Shown: in pieces, positions 54,041-64,000 of the stretch
Layout of the letters: every line of letters begins with the position of its first letter
Position numbering within the stretch: position 1 is the first letter of the stretch
Assembly (NCBI GenBank): GCA_964057225.1
Contig: OZ059900.1
Span: 18,662,001 to 18,726,000 of the forward strand
Source: Auanema rhodensis
Lineage: Eukaryota; Animalia; Nematoda
Length of the DNA stretch: 64,000 bases
Direction: 5' to 3'
The notes under the pieces: model-generated
Told to the model about the DNA's origin: nothing
Database searches by the model: none
The model's input: only the letters and a program-made list of their open reading frames with translations
Made by a program: the position numbers and the translations under genes

Positions 54041-57000
54041 AACAGGGTTTAGAAAATTAAGGAAATTAGCATATTCTGAGGGCACGCCCCTTATGGCTAA
54101 TATTGATTAAATCGATTTTTGTTCATATGAGTCGTCAAATGCAACGAATTTCAGCGTGTTACATACTAAAATGAAGCATTTTACATGCTGAACACTAGAA
54201 AAATACAAAAACACAGTATTTCCCATGAGAAATATTTTATTATGCTGGAAAACCAGTTTTTGGAAATTTCGCTGTAACCAAGGTTTTGACTTACGATTTC
54301 ATGTGTTCAAACTCATGCAATGTCAATGAAACCTAGCTCAAAATTGTTCGTACAACGTCTAGTTCCACTTTCACGACAAAAAAACAGGGGTTAGAAAATT
54401 AAGGAAATTAGCATATTCTGAGGGCACGCCCCTTATGGCTAATATTGATTAAATCGATTTTTGATCATATGAGTCGTCAAATGCAACGAATTTCAGCGTG
54501 TTACATACTAAAATGAAGCATTTTACATGCTGAACACTAGAAAAATACAAAAACACAGTATTTCCCATGAGAAATATTTTATTATGCTGGAAAACCAGTT
54601 TTTGGAAATTTCGCTGTAAACAAGGTTTTGACTTACGATTTCATGTGTTCAAACTCATGCACTGTCAATGAAACCTAGCTCAAAATTGTTCGTACAACGT
54701 CTAGTTCCACTTTCACGACAAAAAAACAGGGGTTAGGAAATTAAGGAAATTAGCATATTCTGAGGGCACGCCCCTTATGGCTAATATTGATTAAATCGAT
54801 TTTTGTTCATATGAGTCGTCAAATGCAACGAATTTCAGCGTGTTACATACTAAAATGAAGCATTTTACATGCTGAACACTAGAAAAATACAAAAACACAG
54901 TATTTCCCATGAGAAATATTTTATTATGCTGGAAAACCAGTTTTTGGAAATTTCGCTGTAAACAAGGTTTTGACTTACGATTTCATGTGTTCAAACTCAT
55001 GCAATGTCAATGAAACCTAGCTCAAAATTGTTCGTACAACGTCTAGTTCCACTTTCACGACAAAAAAACAGGGTTTAGAAAATTAAGGAAATTAGCATAT
55101 TCTGAGGGCACGCCCCTTATGGCTAATATTGATTAAATCGATTTTTGTTCATATGAGTCGTCAAATGCAACGAATTTCAGCGTGTTACATACTAAAATGA
55201 AGCATTTTACATGCTGAACACTAGAAAAATACAAAAACACAGTATTTCCCATGAGAAATATTTTATTATGCTGGAAAACCAGTTTTTGGAAATTTCGCTG
55301 TAACCAAGGTTTTGACTTACGATTTCATGTGTTCAAACTCATGCAATGTCAATGAAACCTAGCTCAAAATTGTTCGTACAACGTCTAGTTCCACTTTCAC
55401 GACAAAAAAACAGGGGTTAGAAAATTAAGGAAATTAGCATATTCTGAGGGCACGCCCCTTATGGCTAATATTGATTAAATCGATTTTTGATCATATGAGT
55501 CGTCAAATGCAACGAATTTCAGCGTGTTACATACTAAAATGAAGCATTTTACATGCTGAACACTAGAAAAATACAAAAACACAGTATTTCCCATGAGAAA
55601 TATTTTATTATGCTGGAAAACCAGTTTTTGGAAATTTCGCTGTAAACAAGGTTTTGACTTACGATTTCATGTGTTCAAACTCATGCACTGTCAATGAAAC
55701 CTAGCTCAAAATTGTTCGTACAACGTCTAGTTCCACTTTCACGACAAAAAAACAGGGGTTAGGAAATTAAGGAAATTAGCATATTCTGAGGGCACGCCCC
55801 TTATGGCTAATATTGATTAAATCGATTTTTGTTCATATGAGTCGTCAAATGCAACGAATTTCAGCGTGTTACATACTAAAATGAACCATTTTACATGCTG
55901 AACACTAGAAAAATACAAAAACACAGTATTTCCCATGAGAAATATTTTATTATGCTGGAAAACCAGTTTTTGGAAATTTCGCTGTAAACAAGGTTTTGAC
56001 TTACGATTTCATGTGTTCAAACTCATGCAATATCAATGAAACCTAGCTCAAAATTGTTCGTACAACGTCTAGTTCCACTTTCACGACAAAAAAAACAGGG
56101 GTTAAAAAATTAAGGAAATTAGCATATTCTGAGGGCACGCCCCTTATGGCTAATATTGATTAAATCGATTTTTGTTCATATGAATCGTCAAATGCAACGA
56201 ATTTCAGCGTGTTACATACTAAAATGAAGCATTTTACATGCTGAACACTAGAAAAATACAAAAACACAGTATTTCCCATGAGAAATATTTTATTATGCTG
56301 GAAAACCAGTTTTTGGAAATTTCGCTGTAAACAAGGTTTTGACTTACGATTTCATGTGTTCAAACTCATGCAATGTCAATGAAACCTAGCTCAAAATTGT
56401 TCGTACAACGTCTAGTTCCACTTTCACGACAAAAAAACAGGGGTTAGAAAATTAAGGAAATTAGCATATTCTGAGGGCACGCCCCTTATGGCTAATATTG
56501 ATTAAATCGATTTTTGTTCGTATGAGTCGTCAAATGCAACGAATTTCAGCGTGTTACATACTAAAATGAAGCATTTTACATGCTGAACACTAGAAAAATA
56601 CAAAAACACAGTATTTCCCACGAGAAATATTTTATTATGCTGGAAAACCAGTTTTTGGAAATTTCGCTGTAAACAAGGTTTTGACTTACGATTTCATGTG
56701 TTCAAACTCATGCAATGTCAATGAAACCTAGCTCAAAATTGTTCGTACAACGTCTAGTTCCACTTTCACGACAAAAAAACAGGGGTTAGAAAATTAAGGA
56801 AATTAGCATATTCTGAGGGCACGCCCCTTATGGCTAATATTGATTAAATCGATTTTTGTTCATATGAGTCGTCAAATGCAACGAATTTCAGCGTGTTACA
56901 TACTAAAATGAAGCATTTTACATGCTGAACACTAGAAAAATACAAAAACACAGTATTTCCCATGAGAAATATTTTATTATGCTGGAAAACCAGTTTTTGG

Positions 57001-58146
57001 AAATTTCGCTGTAACCAAGGTTTTGACTTACGATTTCATGTGTTCAAACTCATGCAATGTCAATGAAACCTAGCTCAAAATTGTTCGTACAACGTCTAGT
57101 TCCACTTTCACGACAAAAAAACAGGGGTTAGAAAATTAAGGAAATTAGCATATTCTGAGGGCACGCCCCTTATGGCTAATATTGATTAAATCGATTTTTG
57201 ATCATATGAGTCGTCAAATGCAACGAATTTCAGCGTGTTACATACTAAAATGAAGCATTTTACATGCTGAACACTAGAAAAATACAAAAACACAGTATTT
57301 CCCATGAGAAATATTTTATTATGCTGGAAAACCAGTTTTTGGAAATTTCGCTGTAAACAAGGTTTTGACTTACGATTTCATGTGTTCAAACTCATGCACT
57401 GTCAATGAAACCTAGCTCAAAATTGTTCGTACAACGTCTAGTTCCACTTTCACGACAAAAAAACAGGGGTTAGGAAATTAAGGAAATTAGCATATTCTGA
57501 GGGCACGCCCCTTATGGCTAATATTGATTAAATCGATTTTTGTTCATATGAGTCGTCAAATGCAACGAATTTCAGCGTGTTACATACTAAAATGAACCAT
57601 TTTACATGCTGAACACTAGAAAAATACAAAAACACAGTATTTCCCATGAGAAATATTTTATTATGCTGGAAAACCAGTTTTTGGAAATTTCGCTGTAAAC
57701 AAGGTTTTGACTTACGATTTCATGTGTTCAAACTCATGCAATATCAATGAAACCTAGCTCAAAATTGTTCGTACAACGTCTAGTTCCACTTTCACGACAA
57801 AAAAAACAGGGGTTAAAAAATTAAGGAAATTAGCATATTCTGAGGGCACGCCCCTTATGGCTAATATTGATTAAATCGATTTTTGTTCATATGAATCGTC
57901 AAATGCAACGAATTTCAGCGTGTTACATACTAAAATGAAGCATTTTACATGCTGAACACTAGAAAAATACAAAAACACAGTATTTCCCATGAGAAATATT
58001 TTATTATGCTGGAAAACCAGTTTTTGGAAATTTCGCTGTAAACAAGGTTTTGACTTACGATTTCATGTGTTCAAACTCATGCAATGTCAATGAAACCTAG
58101 CTCAAAATTGTTCGTACAACGTCTAGTTCCACTTTCACGACAAAAA
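54041..58146. repeat. Nested 3-mer then 5-mer duplication (A238C / T82A+A280C / A13G cassette, three copies)
   Basis: Cassettes start at 54041, 55067 (+1026) and 56778 (+1711). The last two continue with G136C+G282A+A8 and then G12A+G91A. Confidence 0.88.
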
Positions 58147-59167
58147 AACAGGGGTTAGAAAATTAAGGAAATTAGCATATTCTGAGGGCACGCCCCTTAT
58201 GGCTAATATTGATTAAATCGATTTTTGTTCATATGAGTCGTCAAATGCAACGAATTTCAGCGTGTTACATACTAAAATGAAGCATTTTACATGCTGAACA
58301 CTAGAAGAATACAAAAACACAGTATTTCCCATGAGAAATATTTTATTATGCTGGAAAACCAGTTTTTGGAAATTTCGCTGTAAACAAGGTTTTGACTTAC
58401 GATTTCATGTGTTCAAACTCATGCAATGTCAATGAAACCTAGCTCAAAATTGTTCGTACAACGTCTAGTTCCACTTTCACGACAAAAAAACAGGGGTTAG
58501 AAAATTAAGGAAATTAGCATATTCTGAGGGCACGCCCCTTATGGCTAATATTGATTAAATCGATTTTTGTTCATATGAGTCGTCAAATGCAACGAATTTC
58601 AGCGTGTTACATACTAAAATGAAGCATTTTACATGCTGAACACTAGAAAAATACAAAAACACAGTATTTCCCATGAGAAATATTTTATTATGCTGGAAAA
58701 CCAGTTTTTGGAAATTTCGCTGTAAACAAGGTTTTGACTTACGATTTCATGTGTTCAAACTCATGCAATGTCAATGAAACCTAGCTCAAAATTGTTCGTA
58801 CAACGTCTAGTTCCACTTTCACGACAAAAAAACAGGGGTTAGAAAATTAAGGAAATTAGCATATTCTGAGGGCACGCCCCTTATGGCTAATATTGATTAA
58901 ATCGATTTTTGTTCGTATGAGTCGTCAAATGCAACGAATTTCAGCGTGTTACATACTAAAATGAAGCATTTTACATGCTGAACACTAGAAAAATACAAAA
59001 ACACAGTATTTCCCACGAGAAATATTTTATTATGCTGGAAAACCAGTTTTTGGAAATTTCGGTGTAAACAAGGTTTTGACTTACGATTTCATGTGTTCAA
59101 ACTCATGCAATGTCAATGAAACCTAGCTCAAAATTGTTCGTACAACGTCTAGTTCCACTTTCACGAC

Positions 59168-62100
59168 AAAAAAAACAGGGGTTAAAAAATTAAGGAAATT
59201 AGCATATTCTGAGGGCACGCCCCTTATGGCTAATATTGATTAAATCGATTTTTGTTCATATGAATCGTCAAATGCAACGAATTTCAGCGTGTTACATACT
59301 AAAATGAAGCATTTTACATGCTGAACACTAGAAAAATACAAAAACACAGTATTTCCCATGAGAAATATTTTATTATGCTGGAAAACCAGTTTTTGGAAAT
59401 TTCGCTGTAAACAAGGTTTTGACTTACGATTTCATGTGTTCAAACTCATGCAATGTCAATGAAACCTAGCTCAAAATTGTTCGTACAACGTCTAGTTCCA
59501 CTTTCACGACAAAAAAACAGGGGTTAGAAAATTAAGGAAATTAGCATATTCTGAGGGCACGCCCCTTATGGCTAATATTGATTAAATCGATTTTTGTTCG
59601 TATGAGTCGTCAAATGCAACGAATTTCAGCGTGTTACATACTAAAATGAAGCATTTTACATGCTGAACACTAGAAAAATACAAAAACACAGTATTTCCCA
59701 CGAGAAATATTTTATTATGCTGGAAAACCAGTTTTTGGAAATTTCGGTGTAAACAAGGTTTTGACTTACGATTTCATGTGTTCAAACTCATGCAATGTCA
59801 ATGAAACCTAGCTCAAAATTGTTCGTACAACGTCTAGTTCCACTTTCACGACAAAAAAACAGGGGTTAGAAAATTAAGGAAATTAGCATATTCTGAGGGC
59901 ACGCCCCTTATGGCTAATATTGATTAAATCGATTTTTGTTCATATGAGTCGTCAAATGCAACGAATTTCAGCGTGTTACATACTAAAATGAAGCATTTTA
60001 CATGCTGAACACTAGAAGAATACAAAAACACAGTATTTCCCATGAGAAATATTTTATTATGCTGGAAAACCAGTTTTTGGAAATTTCGCTGTAAACAAGG
60101 TTTTGACTTACGATTTCATGTGTTCAAACTCATGCAATGTCAATGAAACCTAGCTCAAAATTGTTCGTACAACGTCTAGTTCCACTTTCACGACAAAAAA
60201 AAAGGGGTTAAAAAATTAAGGAAATTAGCATATTCTGAGGGCACGCCCCTTATGGCTAATATTGATTAAATCGATTTTTGTTCATATGAATCGTCAAATG
60301 CAACGAATTTCAGCGTGTTACATACTAAAATGAAGCATTTTACATGCTGAACACTAGAAAAATACAAAAACACAGTATTTCCCATGAGAAATATTTTATT
60401 ATGCTGGAAAACCAGTTTTTGGAAATTTCGCTGTAAACAAGGTTTTGACTTACGATTTCATGTGTTCAAACTCATGCAATGTCAATGAAACCTAGCTCAA
60501 AATTGTTCGTACAACGTCTAGTTCCACTTTCACGACAAAAAAACAGGGGTTAGAAAATTAAGGAAATTAGCATATTCTGAGGGCACGCCCCTTATGGCTA
60601 ATATTGATTAAATCGATTTTTGTTCATATGAGTCGTCAAATGCAACGAATTTCAGCGTGTTACATACTAAAATGAAGCATTTTACATGCTGAACACTAGA
60701 AGAATACAAAAACACAGTATTTCCCATGAGAAATATTTTATTATGCTGGAAAACCAGTTTTTGGAAATTTCGCTGTAAACAAGGTTTTGACTTACGATTT
60801 CATGTGTTCAAACTCATGCAATGTCAATGAAACCTAGCTCAAAATTGTTCGTACAACGTCTAGTTCCACTTTCACGACAAAAAAACAGGGGTTAGAAAAT
60901 TAAGGAAATTAGCATATTCTGAGGGCACGCCCCTTATGGCTAATATTGATTAAATCGATTTTTGTTCATATGAGTCGTCAAATGCAACGAATTTCAGCGT
61001 GTTACATACTAAAATGAAGCATTTTACATGCTGAACACTAGAAAAATACAAAAACACAGTATTTCCCATGAGAAATATTTTATTATGCTGGAAAACCAGT
61101 TTTTGGAAATTTCGCTGTAAACAAGGTTTTGACTTACGATTTCATGTGTTCAAACTCATGCAATGTCAATGAAACCTAGCTCAAAATTGTTCGTACAACG
61201 TCTAGTTCCACTTTCACGACAAAAAAACAGGGGTTAGAAAATTAAGGCAATTAGCATATTCTGAGGGCACGCCCCTTATGGCTAATATTGATTAAATCGA
61301 TTTTTGTTCGTATGAGTCGTCAAATGCAACGAATTTCAGCGTGTTACATACTAAAATGAAGCATTTTACATGCTGAACACTAGAAAAATACAAAAACACA
61401 GTATTTCCCACGAGAAATATTTTATTATGCTGGAAAACCAGTTTTTGGAAATTTCGGTGTAAACAAGGTTTTGACTTACGATTTCATGTGTTCAAACTCA
61501 TGCAATGTCAATGAAACCTAGCTCAAAATTGTTCGTACAACGTCTAGTTCCACTTTCACGACAAAAAAACAGGGGTTAGAAAATTAAGGAAATTAGCATA
61601 TTCTGAGGGCACGCCCCTTATGGCTAATATTGATTAAATCGATTTTTGTTCATATGAGTCGTCAAATGCAACGAATTTCAGCGTGTTACATACTAAAATG
61701 AAGCATTTTACATGCTGAACACTAGAAAAATACAAAAACACAGTATTTCCCATGAGAAATATTTTATTATGCTGGAAAACCAGTTTTTGGAAATTTCGCT
61801 GTAAACAAGGTTTTGACTTACGATTTCATGTGTTCAAACTCATGCAATGTCAATGAAACCTAGCTCAAAATTGTTCGTACAACGTCTAGTTTCACTTTCA
61901 CGACAAAAAAACAGGGGTTAGAAAATTAAGGAAATTAGCATATTCTGAGGGCACGCCCCTTATGGCTAATATTGATTAAATCGATTTTTGTTCATATGAG
62001 TCGTCAAATGCAACGAATTTCAGCGTGTTACATACTAAAATGAAGCATTTTACATGCTGAACACTAGAAAAATACAAAAACACAGTATTTCCCATGAGAA

Positions 62101-62600
62101 ATATTTTATTATGCTGGAAAACCAGTTTTTGGAAATTTCGCTGTAAACAAGGTTTTGACTTACGATTTCATGTGTTCAAACTCATGCAATGTCAATGAAA
62201 CCTAGCTCAAAATTGTTCGTACAACGTCTAGTTCCACTTTCACGACAAAAAAACTGGGGTTAGAAAATTAAGGAAATTAGCATATTCTGAGGGCACGCCC
62301 CTTATGGCTAATATTGATTAAATCGATTTTTGTTCATATGAGTCGTCAAATGCAACGAATTTCAGCGTGTTACATACTAAAATAAAGCATTTTACATGCT
62401 GAACACTAGAAGAATACAAAAACACAGTATTTCCCATGAGAAATATTTTATTATGCTGGAAAACCAGTTTTTGGAAATTTCGCTGTAAACAAGGTTTTGA
62501 CTTACGATTTCATGTGTTCAAACTCATGCAATGTCAATGAAACCTAGCTCAAAATTGTTCGTACAACGTCTAGTTCCACTTTCACGACAAAAAAACTGGG
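59168..62600. repeat. Dispersed ~10-monomer duplicate of 37961-41393 (offset 21207 bp)
   Basis: Identical order of haplotypes in both segments, including the rare G133A (41177/62384), C325T (40685/61892), the A8 tract and two successive A4T monomers. Confidence 0.9.
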
Positions 62601-64000
62601 GTTAGAAAATTAAGGAAATTAGCATATTCTGAGGGCACGCCCCTTATGGCTAATATTGATTAAATCGATTTTTGTTCATATGAGTCGTCAAATGCAACGA
62701 ATTTCAGCGTGTTACATACTAAAATGAAGCATTTTACATGCTGAACACTAGAAAAATACAAAAACACAGTATTTCCCACGAGAAATATTTTATTATGCTG
62801 GAAAACCAGTTTTTGGAAATTTCGGTGTAAACAAGGTTTTGACTTACGATTTCATGTGTTCAAACTCATGCAATGTCAATGAAACCTAGCTCAAAATTGT
62901 TCGTACAACGTCTAGTTCCACTTTCACGACAAAAAAACAGGGGTTAGAAAATTAAGGAAATTAGCATATTCTGAGGGCACGCCCCTTATGGCTAATATTG
63001 ATTAAATCGATTTTTGTTCATATGAGTCGTCAAATGCAACGAATTTCAGCGTGTTACATACTAAAATGAAGCATTTTACATGCTGAACACTAGAAGAATA
63101 CAAAAACACAGTATTTCCCATGAGAAATATTTTATTATGCTGGAAAACCAGTTTTTGGAAATTTCGCTGTAAACAAGGTTTTGACTTACGATTTCATGTG
63201 TTCAAACTCATGCAATGTCAATGAAACCTAGCTCAAAATTGTTCGTACAACGTCTAGTTCCACTTTCACGACAAAAAAACAGGGGTTAGAAAATTAAGGA
63301 AATTAGCATATTCTGAGGGCACGCCCCTTATGGCTAATATTGATTAAATCGATTTTTGTTCATATGAGTCGTCAAATGCAACGAATTTCAGCGTGTTACA
63401 TACTAAAATGAAGCATTTTACATGCTGAACACTAGAAAAATACAAAAACACAGTATTTCCCATGAGAAATATTTTATTATGCTGGAAAACCAGTTTTTGG
63501 AAATTTCGCTGTAAACAAGGTTTTGACTTACGATTTCATGTGTTCAAACTCATGCAATGTCAATGAAACCTAGCTCAAAATTGTTCGTACAACGTCTAGT
63601 TCCACTTTCACGACAAAAAAACAGGGGTTAGAAAATTAAGGAAATTAGCATATTCTGAGGGCACGCCCCTTATGGCTAATATTGATTAAATCGATTTTTG
63701 TTCGTATGAGTCGTCAAATGCAACGAATTTCAGCGTGTTACATACTAAAATGAAGCATTTTACATGCTGAACACTAGAAAAATACAAAAACACAGTATTT
63801 CCCACGAGAAATATTTTATTATGCTGGAAAACCAGTTTTTGGAAATTTCGGTGTAAACAAGGTTTTGACTTACGATTTCATGTGTTCAAACTCATGCAAT
63901 GTCAATGAAACCTAGCTCAAAATTGTTCGTACAACGTCTAGTTCCACTTTCACGACAAAAAAAACAGGGGTTAAAAAATTAAGGAAATTAGCATATTCTG

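Larger units (their letters stand above)
1..64000. repeat. Satellite DNA tandem array, 342-bp monomer, ~187 copies, head-to-tail, highly homogeneous
   Basis: AACAGGGGTTAGAAAATTAAGG recurs at 1, 343, 685, 1027 and so on; the register returns exactly at 3421, 6841, 10261, 13681 and 17101 (10 x 342). Ten +1 and two -1 A-tract indels give a net +8, which matches monomer 188 starting at 63963. No non-repeat sequence anywhere. Confidence 0.99.

Noticed and set aside
1-64000. Giant repetitive ORF (342 is divisible by 3, so one open frame would run through the array)
   Set aside because: All six frames are closed in every monomer. Plus-strand stops include TAG 10-12, TAA 18-20 and TAA 68-70; minus-strand stops correspond to TTA at 9, 17 and 67, one in each frame.
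1-64000. CRISPR array or other repeat-spacer system
   Set aside because: There are no unique spacers: the entire 342 bp is repeated. No cas or other genes are present.
1-64000. Array is a pure assembly or concatemer artefact
   Set aside because: Linked SNP haplotypes and indels recur in ordered, nested patterns at many scales, which random error or a single-template concatemer would not produce. Individual copy numbers still need read validation.
1-64000. G/A state at position 161 as a regular code or fixed global higher-order repeat
   Set aside because: The pattern is irregular and is explained by the local duplications listed; there is no constant period across the window.

Overview
The whole 64 kb window is one uninterrupted head-to-tail tandem array of a 342-bp AT-rich satellite monomer (about 34% GC by hand count; 187 full copies plus 38 bp, all in the same orientation). 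Monomers differ from the consensus by only 0-5 substitutions, and I counted just 12 single-base indels, all in A-tracts. I see no gene, RNA gene, transposon, CRISPR array or unique sequence, and all six reading frames of the monomer contain stops. It looks like eukaryotic centromeric or pericentromeric heterochromatin; I cannot name the organism or satellite family. The information lies in two places. First, the monomer is dense in dyad symmetries and phased A-tracts, and carries a CENP-B-box-like 17-mer next to an apparently invariant 35-bp block. Second, about 70 diagnostic SNPs act as barcodes that reveal nested organisation: 2-, 3-, 5- and 8-mer duplications, a 19-monomer homogenised block, chimeric monomers and an approximately 21-kb macro-period. 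Variants are written as monomer positions, numbered from window base 1 (monomer 1 = 1-342). They were read by eye and need confirming by alignment. I found no evidence of a new gene-based system.
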